Shown here: piece after piece, positions 18,429-28,616 of the stretch
Numbering within the stretch: position 1 is the stretch's first letter
How the letters are laid out: the number at the start of each line of letters is the position of its first letter
Made by a program: the position numbers and the translations under genes
The notes under the pieces: generated by a model
The model's input: only the letters and a program-made list of their open reading frames with translations
Told to the model about the DNA's origin: nothing
Database searches by the model: none
NCBI GenBank assembly: GCA_020353515.1
Contig: CP070695.1
Span: forward strand, 4,300,503 to 4,364,502
Length of the DNA stretch: 64,000 bases
From: Candidatus Heimdallarchaeota archaeon
GTDB lineage: Archaea > Asgardarchaeota > Heimdallarchaeia > Hodarchaeales > Hodarchaeaceae
Direction: 5' to 3'

Positions 18429-19814
18429 ATGAATAACCTTTCTTTAACAGGATTTCAACCAAAGAATATTGACTTGACTGAAATGGTTGATGTTGATGTA
18501 AAGAAGGTTGTGATAATCGGCGATGGAATGTCAGGAAAGACTCAAACACTAATAACGTTTGGTAAAAAGATTCTAGTTTATCTTCAGAGAATATATTCTG
18601 CTCGTTCAATTTTAGAAAGGAAATCTTCCAAAGATACTGGATTAGAAGTCGCTCTGGAAACTTTCGGAGATCAATACACTGTGGATCCAGCATTTCAATC
18701 TTGGGCTGAACGTCATGGCTTTCTTATACGATATGGTAACAATAAATGGAATATAGTGTCAGTATCATTAGATACTGAAACAATAGGTTTTGAAGATTTT
18801 CAATTCATTTTCCCCTACTTTTGGGAGAATAAAACATACAGAATCAACTTATTTGGAAGTGATGTAGGCGGACAGAATATCTTTGATCACTTCAGGACTG
18901 TTTTAGGAAAAATCGCAGGAGCTAAGGATATTTTACTTGTTGTTTTTGATAAATCTAGGGCTTTGTCTTGTTGGAATAGCATCGAGCAAGTCCAAAGGGT
19001 TGTGGGGGATAAAATTTCGGAACGAAAATTAGGTCAATCAAATATTCCACGAATCATATACGTGGGTAATAAAATTGACCTAGAAGAACACATCAACAAA
19101 CAAGAATGGCAAAATGGCGTCTCAAGTTCAATAATGAGGAAGATCACTCAAATTTCAGATTATAGGAAAGGAACATATCAATTACCTTCATTAGTTGGGA
19201 GGAAAGGATTGGAGAGAACCTTTCATTTCAAAATAGACAATGGATTTCTTCATTTCCCTGATTTTGAGGCATTAGTTTACAATGCAATTAGAGAGGCTGA
19301 TCCAAACTATAGAACTCATAAAATCATGACAGATGTTAATGCAAAGGCAATTGCTAGGGAAATTTCTGCTCAATTTGTGTTTCAGCGAAAAATTGAGGAG
19401 AAAGAAACAGATAAAGGAACAGAAGATGCAAAATCTGTTATAACTATTTTAGAAGACTTCGGAAAGTTATTATTTCAACGTAGACCTTTAGCAATGCAGT
19501 ATTCAGGAGGAATCGAACAAATTTACGAGACTACAAGTGAAAGTAGTTCATTTGGACGAGTTCGCGTAAAATGGATCGATTATGATGTAAACTTCTATCA
19601 TCTTAAGAGAGAAAATATAAAATTTGCTCTTGAAAGCGCAGCCAATGCAAAAAATCTTTTGACTACTGATATGGGGGAAATTTTTAATACAAATGCATTA
19701 ATAGGAACTGGAATCATGGCCTTATGGGATTCGATTATTCAAGAGAAGCTGAAAGCAGCAACAGCTTTAAAAATAGATAAAAAATCTAAAAAAAGAAAGA
19801 TTAGAAAGTTCTAA
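18429..19814 (+). CDS. Ras/Arf-superfamily GTPase with large insertions (paralog 2)
   Basis: GDGMSGKT, SLDTETIGFEDF, DVGGQ, GNKIDL, TNALIGTGI, tail KKSKKRKIRKF. Collinear with 9398..10690. Confidence 0.8.
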   Translation: MNNLSLTGFQPKNIDLTEMVDVDVKKVVIIGDGMSGKTQTLITFGKKILVYLQRIYSARSILERKSSKDTGLEVALETFGDQYTVDPAFQSWAERHGFLIRYGNNKWNIVSVSLDTETIGFEDFQFIFPYFWENKTYRINLFGSDVGGQNIFDHFRTVLGKIAGAKDILLVVFDKSRALSCWNSIEQVQRVVGDKISERKLGQSNIPRIIYVGNKIDLEEHINKQEWQNGVSSSIMRKITQISDYRKGTYQLPSLVGRKGLERTFHFKIDNGFLHFPDFEALVYNAIREADPNYRTHKIMTDVNAKAIAREISAQFVFQRKIEEKETDKGTEDAKSVITILEDFGKLLFQRRPLAMQYSGGIEQIYETTSESSSFGRVRVKWIDYDVNFYHLKRENIKFALESAANAKNLLTTDMGEIFNTNALIGTGIMALWDSIIQEKLKAATALKIDKKSKKRKIRKF

Positions 19815-19860
19815 ACACATTCTAATAGACTTACTCCTTTAGATCAATCTCTACAAAAAC

Positions 19861-20823
19861 TTGGGAACAATCATGGTTGGAATAATTCTCACTGAAGACG
19901 AATTACAAACCATCTTTGAGATACTTGGCTTAAATGAAAACCAAAGCTTAGTTTATATGACTTTATTATCATTAGGGACATTGACTCTGGGACAAATTAG
20001 TCAGCTCACAGGAATAAATTACATCCAAGTACGAGAATGTATGGACGTTCTGATTGGAGGGGAATATGTCGACTGGACTGGAGGAAAAATCAATAGATAT
20101 TTTGCACGAGAACCCTTTTTAAGAGCATTCTTACTGGCTTATGACCCTCTTACTTTGGTTTCAATCCGTGATACAGCTAAAAAGAAGATTGAGACAATAG
20201 AAAAAGAACTTCAAAAAATTTATGACAATAAGACTCTTCAAAAGATTCAAGATTTAATTAAAAGCCAACAAAAGCATATCGAAGATGAAATATCAGCACT
20301 GACTTTTTCAATCCGTGAAATGAAACGTCGCTTAGATATTCTCTTTCAACTCTCATGTAAAGTGTCTGCAGCAACAACAAAAAGTGAAGGCGGTTTAACA
20401 ACTGATGTAATATATGGAGAAACTACATTTATACTTGTACTAAGAGATATGGTTTCTCGTGCAAAAGCATCACTAACTATCTTAATGCCTCAGGATTATC
20501 CTGAAATCCAAACTTTAATTGCATCAAGTAAATTATCACTTCCTGTCTGTTCTCGTACATTGATTGTTGGTGACTTTGCCAAAGTACCAAAAAATATTCT
20601 TAAAAAAGTCTTTGCTTCAAAAATTAGAATGAAACAGACGACCATTAACTTCTGGGGGTGTGTACGAGACAATGAAGAGGTATTGATAGGGCCTTCACCA
20701 GAGGTTAACGAAGAAATGAATGAATTGATTGGTATTATAAGTACCAATCCCATTATGGTTAAATTTTTTGGGCAACAAATTGGTAGTCTCGCATCAAAAG
20801 GACAAAATTTAACCCTTGAATAA
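19861..20823 (+). CDS. TrmB-family transcriptional regulator
   Basis: N-terminal LGLNENQSLVYMTLLSLGTLTLGQISQLTGI winged HTH, a coiled coil, then a TrmB C-terminal-type domain (IYGE...RAKASLTILMP...VRDNEEVLIG). Confidence 0.75.
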   Translation: MGTIMVGIILTEDELQTIFEILGLNENQSLVYMTLLSLGTLTLGQISQLTGINYIQVRECMDVLIGGEYVDWTGGKINRYFAREPFLRAFLLAYDPLTLVSIRDTAKKKIETIEKELQKIYDNKTLQKIQDLIKSQQKHIEDEISALTFSIREMKRRLDILFQLSCKVSAATTKSEGGLTTDVIYGETTFILVLRDMVSRAKASLTILMPQDYPEIQTLIASSKLSLPVCSRTLIVGDFAKVPKNILKKVFASKIRMKQTTINFWGCVRDNEEVLIGPSPEVNEEMNELIGIISTNPIMVKFFGQQIGSLASKGQNLTLE

Positions 20824-20826
20824 TGA

Positions 20827-23709
20827 CTACACAAACGTACACACTTTTATTTCAAACGGATTGAAGGATAAATTCACCTCATTCCCTGATAATCTGATTA
20901 TATTTTTTTCTGATCCATCTATCTTTATTTCCCTTAATTCAGCAATTGTTTTAGGGAATTGAATTAATGAAATTGTTGTTTCATCTGACAAGTTGAAAAT
21001 TGTAGCGTAAATCTTACCATTTCGAACTCTTAATGAGGATAAACGAATATTGGGATTAAGAATACGGATAATTGGAATTAAGGAGTGGTCTATCGGCTTT
21101 AAGTTATTCAGATAAGAGGTGGTTGGTATTAGTGAAAATACCTCCGAATGGTCATCACTTCTAGAAAACGGTTCGTGTTTAGAGTGTACGATAAAACTAT
21201 AATTAAATTCATAAGATTTATTGAGTTCTTGAGCGCCAGGTGTTGCATAATATGGACCTGCATGTTCAGGTCGTTCAGGGATCCCTGAACGTGAAAGCCA
21301 ACCAATTGATCGAACTAATGTTATAGCAAGACGAGTTCCTTTCACTAATTCTACCTCTGGTAACCCCTGATTCATTACAGTAATAGCACCTTGACCTTTT
21401 TCATCTTCAACCCTAATGAACCTTTTTTGGGGTTGGATTCCTGAAGGCTTTTCGATATAAGATTCGTTTCCTATGGGGTCTCCAAATCGCTTAATATACC
21501 CAAAATGGGTAGTTGTATACGTATGCTGCGAATAATAAGGAAGATCAAAACATATTCGGAGTCTATGATCCTTAGCTGAATTAATTATACTTGTTTTAAT
21601 GTCGATTCGTGACAATTCACGATAAAATCGGAAAGTTGTATTGACTGGGATATCTACTTTTCCAATCCTTTTTTCTCTTGATGAATCAACTTCTTGGAAT
21701 ACTGATAGTTTCATTTTTTGGTTAATTTCACAAAATAGAGGGCCAGAAGCTTTAACTTCTCTTTTTACTTCATTCACTTTAACTGATTCTGGTCCAAGTC
21801 GTCCAAAAGTGTACTCATCTCCACGATCTCCCCAATCTTCAAACTGGTGCAATTTATTATAAGTAACATTATTCACCTTATCTTGTAAATCAAATGTCCC
21901 ATCTTTATGAAAAGTAATATCATAAAACTCATTACTTATACTATCTTTTGAACATAACAATGTTTTAGTTGATTCTAATCCTATTGGTTTGGAACTTATA
22001 GTTACACTAGAGAATCCCCAGGGGGTTAGAGGCATAAGTGACGCATACACCTGTTCAGGCTCTCTAGTGACTAAAATATGGAATTTTTTGTAATTTTTAC
22101 TATTTATCTTTTCAAGAAGATTTTTCTTCAGCATTCCAGCATCTAGATCCCCTATTGGTTTATCAGCAACTAATAAATGAACTTCACAAATATCAGCAGG
22201 TTTTCCGTCAAAGAACCTCACATCATTAATATATAGACCCATTATTTGACGGCCTGGTAACATTTTCATTAATGCCTTAAGTTTGGTTGATCCTATCATC
22301 ATTTCCCAAACTTTATCCGAAGAAGAAATAATAGATTGAACTTCGTATTCTACTCCATCAGGAGTTATAAGTTTCCGTATAGGATCTTTCACAGGTGCTT
22401 TTAGCTCGAAATAGATAGGTAAATCAGCACAATTAGTTGGATTAAAGATTAAAATGGAACTTTCTGAAGCAGGTGTTACAGCAGCTTCTAAAACTTCCAA
22501 TGCTTCCTCAATCATGCCCTCAGTAATTGATTCTGCATATGAATAGCGAAATTTCATCTCCTCATGAGTCTGATCAACTGAACAACCACATATAGAATCA
22601 TGAGGCTGATTTCGAAGGTGCCATTTCCACGCTTGAGTTAAGAATGAGGTTGGATATTCCTCTTTCAAATAATACCATGTGTAGGCATTTAATGGTTCAG
22701 CATAGCGAGTTAAGAGATCTTCTACTTTCTGGTTCCATTGTTTAATCCACATCCGAGCCGAATAGGTATCCTGCAATAAATGAGCCCGAGCGGCTGATCT
22801 CAATTCACCTGTAAATTCAGGAGGAGCATAATTATGTAGTTCTATAAGTTGAAGAAATTTATCAACAAAATCGTCTAGAACGCCTAAAGTTATTTCCTTC
22901 CCTTCAATTTGAACGTGCTGAAGAGTTGAAACTATTTTACCTTTAGGTACCTGATGATCCGTTCCATGGTTGAGTAGATATGCAGGAATAGGAGAGAATG
23001 GGGATAATTGGTTAACAAGATTACTTATTTCATCAGATAACTGATTTACTTCTTCAGGAAGATTGGCTGCATTTCCATATCCGAAAGGAAGGTAGATAGT
23101 TATCATTGAAGTCTTTGCACTCATATTACTCTTCCAAAGGAATGGGACTGTGGTAATCTCTGGGGGTACTCCTCGCCAAACAACTAAGGCCTTGAAATCT
23201 GTTAAATCTCCTATTAATTGGGGAATAGCTCTTGAATGACCAAACATATCAGGGAGATAACCAATATTCATAAGGGGGATATTAAACTCTTGTGCTAGGT
23301 CAAAGCTATATTCCAAATTTCGTAGAAGACTTTCCTGGCCTACTAACCAAATATCAGGAAGTAAATACCAAGGTCCAATACTAATCTTTCCTTCTCGAAT
23401 ATATTGTAACAATTTTTCTTTATTCTCTGGCCGAATTTCTAAGTAATCCTCCAAGATAATGGTTTGACCATCAGCTGTGAAATAGAATTCATGCTCTTCA
23501 AAAATGGCTAACAACTTGTCTACTAACTTGACAAGCTTATACCGGAACTTCTGAAAGGGTAAATACCATTCCCTATCCCAGTGGGTGTGGGGGACGATAT
23601 AAACGTATTTGATTTGGTCTGAATGTTCATTGTTTGTTGTATCCAAGAGACTGTATCTCCAATGAAATTTTAAGAGTGAACTTCTCCTATAATGATGTGA
23701 GTGAATCAC
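20827..23709 (-). CDS. Glycoside hydrolase family 38 alpha-mannosidase
   Basis: VPHTHWDREWY, DGQT, GPWYLLPD, GYLPDMFGH, NQPHDSICGCSVD, DHRLR. True start is probably somewhat downstream of 23709. Confidence 0.92.
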   Translation of the reverse strand: MIHSHHYRRSSLLKFHWRYSLLDTTNNEHSDQIKYVYIVPHTHWDREWYLPFQKFRYKLVKLVDKLLAIFEEHEFYFTADGQTIILEDYLEIRPENKEKLLQYIREGKISIGPWYLLPDIWLVGQESLLRNLEYSFDLAQEFNIPLMNIGYLPDMFGHSRAIPQLIGDLTDFKALVVWRGVPPEITTVPFLWKSNMSAKTSMITIYLPFGYGNAANLPEEVNQLSDEISNLVNQLSPFSPIPAYLLNHGTDHQVPKGKIVSTLQHVQIEGKEITLGVLDDFVDKFLQLIELHNYAPPEFTGELRSAARAHLLQDTYSARMWIKQWNQKVEDLLTRYAEPLNAYTWYYLKEEYPTSFLTQAWKWHLRNQPHDSICGCSVDQTHEEMKFRYSYAESITEGMIEEALEVLEAAVTPASESSILIFNPTNCADLPIYFELKAPVKDPIRKLITPDGVEYEVQSIISSSDKVWEMMIGSTKLKALMKMLPGRQIMGLYINDVRFFDGKPADICEVHLLVADKPIGDLDAGMLKKNLLEKINSKNYKKFHILVTREPEQVYASLMPLTPWGFSSVTISSKPIGLESTKTLLCSKDSISNEFYDITFHKDGTFDLQDKVNNVTYNKLHQFEDWGDRGDEYTFGRLGPESVKVNEVKREVKASGPLFCEINQKMKLSVFQEVDSSREKRIGKVDIPVNTTFRFYRELSRIDIKTSIINSAKDHRLRICFDLPYYSQHTYTTTHFGYIKRFGDPIGNESYIEKPSGIQPQKRFIRVEDEKGQGAITVMNQGLPEVELVKGTRLAITLVRSIGWLSRSGIPERPEHAGPYYATPGAQELNKSYEFNYSFIVHSKHEPFSRSDDHSEVFSLIPTTSYLNNLKPIDHSLIPIIRILNPNIRLSSLRVRNGKIYATIFNLSDETTISLIQFPKTIAELREIKIDGSEKNIIRLSGNEVNLSFNPFEIKVCTFV

Positions 23710-23782
23710 CGTTACTAAAAAAGATTTAAATCATTTTTTCTACATGTTTCACTAAAGGACTCAATCGGAGAATACTCAAAAT

Positions 23783-24772
23783 ATGGCTACAAATATCTTA
23801 ATTGGGACGAGTGGATTCGGATACTCAGATTGGCAAGCACGGCTTGAAAAAACTCGACTTCCATTTTATCCACCGAATCTGGGCCCTCAATTTCGCTTAT
23901 CCTTTTATGCAGAAGTTTTTCCAACGGTGGAAATTAATACTACATTTTACCATTTTCCTCGAGCTGCTGTTGTAAATAAATGGGGAAAAAACGTTCCTAA
24001 TGATTTTATTTTTTCCTATAAGATTCCTCGTCATATTACACATCAAAAAAAGCTCGATTTTAACCAAGGTTATTGGGAAGAACTCCGACCATTTATAGAT
24101 ACCATGGAGGGGGGATTAGGAAAAAAAGCAGGCCCAGCATTACTCCAACTACCTCCTAAGTTTTCTGCTGATAATTTTAAGAGACTAGAGATTTTTCTAA
24201 AATATTGGCCGAGTAACATCAATCTAGCTGTAGAATTCCGTCATATCTCTTGGGTAGAACATAAACGACTTGAACAGACACTTGAACTCTTATCACAATA
24301 CAATGCTGCTTACTGTATTGTAGATGAACCATTATTACCTCCAATTATTCCAGTGACTGCAGATTTTACTTATATTAGGTTTCATGGTCATGGCCTTAAG
24401 CCTTGGTACAATTATCAGTATTCTCTTGAAGAATTAACTCCATGGGCATCACGAATACAATCTTTAGCCAATAATAAAGGATTAAAAGAAGTTTTTACAT
24501 ATTTCAATAATCACCCGCATGGTCATGCTCCTGCTAATGCCCGACAATTAGCTATTCTCCTAAAAATTCCATTAAAAAGACCAGAAGAAGTAAAAATGGT
24601 CGAGGTCAGGAAACGGGCTGGAGCTGCTCCTCAACATTCATTAGAAAGCTTTTTAGACATTTCTCCTGTAGAATTAAGTGATTATATTCGTTTCTGCTCC
24701 AATTGTGGTGAAATGATTCTCAAAGATGACAATTTCTGTGAGAACTGTGGCCATCATCAGGTAAGAGAGTGA
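23783..24772 (+). CDS. DUF72 family protein with PIP-box-like motif and C-terminal double zinc ribbon
   Basis: IGTSGFGY, VEINTTFY, LQLPP, AVEFRHxSW, YIRFHG, YFNNH; also QHSLESFL and CSNCG...CENCG. Confidence 0.9.
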   Translation: MATNILIGTSGFGYSDWQARLEKTRLPFYPPNLGPQFRLSFYAEVFPTVEINTTFYHFPRAAVVNKWGKNVPNDFIFSYKIPRHITHQKKLDFNQGYWEELRPFIDTMEGGLGKKAGPALLQLPPKFSADNFKRLEIFLKYWPSNINLAVEFRHISWVEHKRLEQTLELLSQYNAAYCIVDEPLLPPIIPVTADFTYIRFHGHGLKPWYNYQYSLEELTPWASRIQSLANNKGLKEVFTYFNNHPHGHAPANARQLAILLKIPLKRPEEVKMVEVRKRAGAAPQHSLESFLDISPVELSDYIRFCSNCGEMILKDDNFCENCGHHQVRE

Positions 24773-25020
24773 TACCATTTTCGGAGCTCTGGAATGAGAA
24801 CTTGAGTGATAATAAAAGAATCATAACAAAAGTTTTTAGTAAAAAAGGATTGAGTCTTCATTGAGGGAAAATTCTCATCTATAGTTGAAAATAAATCAGA
24901 TTTGATAATTTTTTTGCCTGAAAAAAGGCTTTTTTAAATTAACTCCTCTCTAACTGGTTTTCTTCAAAAGAAGAGAGAATATTTGCCTATATGAACTCAT
25001 AATAAGGATGGGTATAACCC

Positions 25021-27216
25021 CTGTCTTTAGAAATTTGCAGAGAATGTACAGAAAACGGTGAGAGAATATATCGCTGTAGTAAATGTTCTGCACCACTTTG
25101 CAGGCATAATATTCGCAATCATGTATGCTCATCCCCGACACTTGGATTACGTGGAAAGCAAAGTCCTCGTAGAGAAGGCGCAGACATTTCTAAAGCTGCG
25201 TGGGAGAAATTTCTAAAGAAAAAGAAAAAATATCAAGTGAAAATCCAAGACGATTTAACATTTCTCGTGGAGTTCCCTTGGTATCCTTTCACAAAGCTAA
25301 ATGCATGGATCCCTACCCGAAGACCTCATTATAAATCAGAGCGCGAAAGATCAATCAATGTAGAAGAGCTTTTCTTGTATTTGGAACATGAAACTAATGC
25401 TGTGGATTATGATAGAAAATTTTTCTATTCTCCTTGGGTACAAGAGCAATTCAACATTTGGCAGAGAAAATGGAAGACACATAATGGGTATTGGGAACAA
25501 AATAGAACACATAGAGCTACAAAGTTTGAATTACAATTTCCTCAACTAGCTCAGGAAGACCTCGAAATTCTACGAAAAGCAGGATGTAAGGTTACCTTTG
25601 CTGCAGGTGCATTGGAAAAGCTCAAGAAGCTTGAGAAGGAAGCTAGTAAGGATTTCAATATTACAATAGAAACCCATGATGACCGTCTACGAATCCATTG
25701 GAACAAAGAATTTAATAAGTGGTTTCACTCTCTTCTAAATGTTTTTGCTAGATTCATGGCCATTAGATCAGAGGACGATCCTCAAGCAGATTTTATTCCT
25801 TGTATTCATCAAATTGGTCCTCATGAAATACAGGTTGATTATTGGGCAGCATTTAGAGCCAACCATTTCTGGCATGAAGTCCATCAAGCTATTAAGAAAA
25901 CAGACCATCCTCCCTTATTTGATCTACAATATCAACCATATCAACCCTCAACGAAAGAATATAATTTCTCAATGGAGCCAAAATATACTCTTCGAACATA
26001 TCAACAAGAGGCTATGGAAGAATGGAAGGATAATCGTTACTATGGTTCTATTCAGCTGCCTACTGGTGCTGGAAAAAGCTTAATTGGAATTGATGCTATA
26101 AGACATGTTCACGAAAGGACTTTAATCTTGGTACCAAATTTAGCTTTAGTAGATCAGTGGGTTGACTTCACTTCGAAATTTCTTTCAATTCCTGTTAGTC
26201 AGATAGGGATTTTCAACGGTCAGAAAAAAGCTTTTCGAGAGTATCCTGTTGTTATTTCCACATATCAACTTTTAAGTCAATATTTACAAGATTTACATGC
26301 TTATAAGTCCAGTGATAGTTCTACTAAACCTCTCCGTGAAAAAATCTTAGTTGAAGATACAATTGGGTTCTTTACACACAAATTCGGGTTATTAATCGCA
26401 GATGAATCTCATCATATTCAAGCAGAGACCTTTAGACAGATCGCCTTAGATTTAGAGATTCCACGCCGCCTGGCATTGTCAGCTACAATTGAAAAAAGTG
26501 TTCACTCATCTTTAGTAATTGCTACACTTGGCCCTATCATTTACAAAGTAGGTTATGGTCTTCTTGCACGAGAGGGTTTTATTGCCCCTATTTACTTTAA
26601 ACGAATTCATATACCCCTGACTTCCGATGAAAAAGAATATTTAAACCGTAAAGGAAAAAGAGCGTATGGAAAAGTTTCCAGACAAGCAAGTAACAAGCTT
26701 TTAGCTATTCGAAAATTACTAGAAGCACCTGTAACGTCTCAAACCCTGATTTTTACCAGTCGCATCAAACACGCTATGAAAATTCATTCTTTCCTCAAAG
26801 AACATGGAATAGAATCCACGGTTTTGACTGGGCATACAGTGATGAACGATCGTGAACTGAATCAGATCTTGGATCAATTTCGGCAAAGCAAAATCCAAAC
26901 ACTCGTGTTAGTGAAAATGCTTAATGAGGGATTTGATGCCCCAGCCGATACAATAATTATTGCATCTGGAACTCGAAACAGAAGAGAACAAATCCAACGA
27001 GTCGGGAGAGCTACTCGACCTGGAAAAGTAGCTAAGTTATTTGAATTAATAATCGATCCTCTAGAATTGAATTACGAATTCGAAGTAGCTCAAGCACGAG
27101 ATATCTCAGATGTAATTGAACCCCAGGTACAAGACCTTCTTTTACCAATAGAGATCAAAGAAGAGATCGAAAAAGTAGTTGATGATATTAAACTTAGTTT
27201 TTATGAGGGCTATTGA
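25021..27216 (+). CDS. Superfamily 2 DExH helicase (XPB/Rad25-like) with an N-terminal AN1/B-box-like zinc finger; probable CTG start
   Basis: LRTYQQEA, PTGAGKS, DESHH, SAT, LNEGFD, QRVGRATR. The frame stays open upstream of 25237 to a TAA at 25015 and encodes CRECx9CSKCx4CRHx4HVC. Confidence 0.82.
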   Translation: MSLEICRECTENGERIYRCSKCSAPLCRHNIRNHVCSSPTLGLRGKQSPRREGADISKAAWEKFLKKKKKYQVKIQDDLTFLVEFPWYPFTKLNAWIPTRRPHYKSERERSINVEELFLYLEHETNAVDYDRKFFYSPWVQEQFNIWQRKWKTHNGYWEQNRTHRATKFELQFPQLAQEDLEILRKAGCKVTFAAGALEKLKKLEKEASKDFNITIETHDDRLRIHWNKEFNKWFHSLLNVFARFMAIRSEDDPQADFIPCIHQIGPHEIQVDYWAAFRANHFWHEVHQAIKKTDHPPLFDLQYQPYQPSTKEYNFSMEPKYTLRTYQQEAMEEWKDNRYYGSIQLPTGAGKSLIGIDAIRHVHERTLILVPNLALVDQWVDFTSKFLSIPVSQIGIFNGQKKAFREYPVVISTYQLLSQYLQDLHAYKSSDSSTKPLREKILVEDTIGFFTHKFGLLIADESHHIQAETFRQIALDLEIPRRLALSATIEKSVHSSLVIATLGPIIYKVGYGLLAREGFIAPIYFKRIHIPLTSDEKEYLNRKGKRAYGKVSRQASNKLLAIRKLLEAPVTSQTLIFTSRIKHAMKIHSFLKEHGIESTVLTGHTVMNDRELNQILDQFRQSKIQTLVLVKMLNEGFDAPADTIIIASGTRNRREQIQRVGRATRPGKVAKLFELIIDPLELNYEFEVAQARDISDVIEPQVQDLLLPIEIKEEIEKVVDDIKLSFYEGY

Positions 27217-28432
27217 TACCACGTTCAAAATCCTGTTCTTTAATCTTGTACAAGAGAAATAAAATCATTGTAATAACAAGAATACTAAATGTAAGAATAT
27301 AAAATACAGCATTTAGATCTAGTATTTCCCATATGGGCCCTGATACAATAGTTGAAGTAGTTCGTCCTAAAGAGACATAAAAACCTAAGGCTCCCAGAGC
27401 TGTACCACGGAATTCTATAGGTGCACTTCTTGAAACCTCATTATTTTCTGCCATATAAGAGGTCATCATGGACACATTCAAGCAAATGTACAGTAATATC
27501 AATATTAGAAAATCCTGTACTACTGTAAACACTAGTAAAGCAAGAGAGTATATGATTAGGGTAATAGTAATAACATATATGAAACGAAACTTATCAGTCA
27601 ATCTTCCCAAGAATGGCTTAAACCATATACTTAATATAATTGCCCAAAAGCCAATTTCTGCGACATCACCACGAGTATATCCTTTTTGCAAGATTAGTAA
27701 GGGCAAGAATGTCGACGTAGTAAATTCAGTAATTGCTACTATGAACTGATAAATATAGGCTCTTGTTAAACCTCTTATCAAGGTCATATGTTTTAACGAG
27801 GAGAGCATTGAGAAAAAAGAGTCAATAATTGCTCTTGGAATACAAGAAACTTGTTTTCTATCGGCTTTATCCAATCCTTCTGGCAATAATTTGACATTTA
27901 CTAATCCAAAGAGGAATGCCATTCCTGCAGCAAGACCAAAAAGATCCCTCAAGCTCCATAACAATTCATCCAAAGTTAAGTTAGATATCAATAATCCAAT
28001 AATTGACCCTAAGTCAGCCATTTGAAATATTCGACCAATAGATCCCCCTGAACTGTTTTCTGGTGAGAAATCTGACACATAAGCTAATAAACACGGCCAA
28101 AAAGCACTCATACCAAGTGCAACGAATAGGATGGAGAATAAGATCCAAAACCAGTGGTCTGCAATGGACATCAGGATCAACGCAACAGTCAAACTAAAAT
28201 GACCAAACAGAATCAATGGCTTTCTGCCAATTATCTGTGAGAGATCTCCGAAGGGGACACGAAAAAGGAGTTGTAAAAGATTCCTCAGTGAAACAATGAT
28301 CGTAATAATAATGATAGCAGCTAGTAAGTCTTCCTTCAAAAAAATCACAATATAATTTCCAATTATAACTAATTGAAATGTTGCTAAAACGGTTCCTAAC
28401 CCTGCTATCCAAATTGCCTTCGTTGAGGTCAT
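27194..28432 (-). CDS. MFS transporter
   Basis: About 12 TM segments; motif A variants GDLSQIIGRK and GRLTDKFR. Confidence 0.88.
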   Translation of the reverse strand: MTSTKAIWIAGLGTVLATFQLVIIGNYIVIFLKEDLLAAIIIITIIVSLRNLLQLLFRVPFGDLSQIIGRKPLILFGHFSLTVALILMSIADHWFWILFSILFVALGMSAFWPCLLAYVSDFSPENSSGGSIGRIFQMADLGSIIGLLISNLTLDELLWSLRDLFGLAAGMAFLFGLVNVKLLPEGLDKADRKQVSCIPRAIIDSFFSMLSSLKHMTLIRGLTRAYIYQFIVAITEFTTSTFLPLLILQKGYTRGDVAEIGFWAIILSIWFKPFLGRLTDKFRFIYVITITLIIYSLALLVFTVVQDFLILILLYICLNVSMMTSYMAENNEVSRSAPIEFRGTALGALGFYVSLGRTTSTIVSGPIWEILDLNAVFYILTFSILVITMILFLLYKIKEQDFERGINSPHKN

Positions 28433-28616
28433 TAGCTTAAAATCAGCCTTCTTTTACGCATTTTATTCGTACTCTTGGCTAGATATATCTTCCTTCCTCA
28501 GTTTACCATCAAACTGAAGATAAAGATTCTCACCCAAAACTTTTAATTTTCTAGAAAGGAAAAATTAGAAAACTTTTACAAAGGTATTCAGATTAAAGAA
28601 GTAAAGAGGAACTATT

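Noticed and set aside
25024-25219. 13-bp inverted repeat TCTTTAGAAATTT / AAATTTCTAAAGA suggesting a MITE
   Set aside because: AT-rich, no target-site duplication, and the enclosed DNA is better explained as the helicase's in-frame zinc finger.
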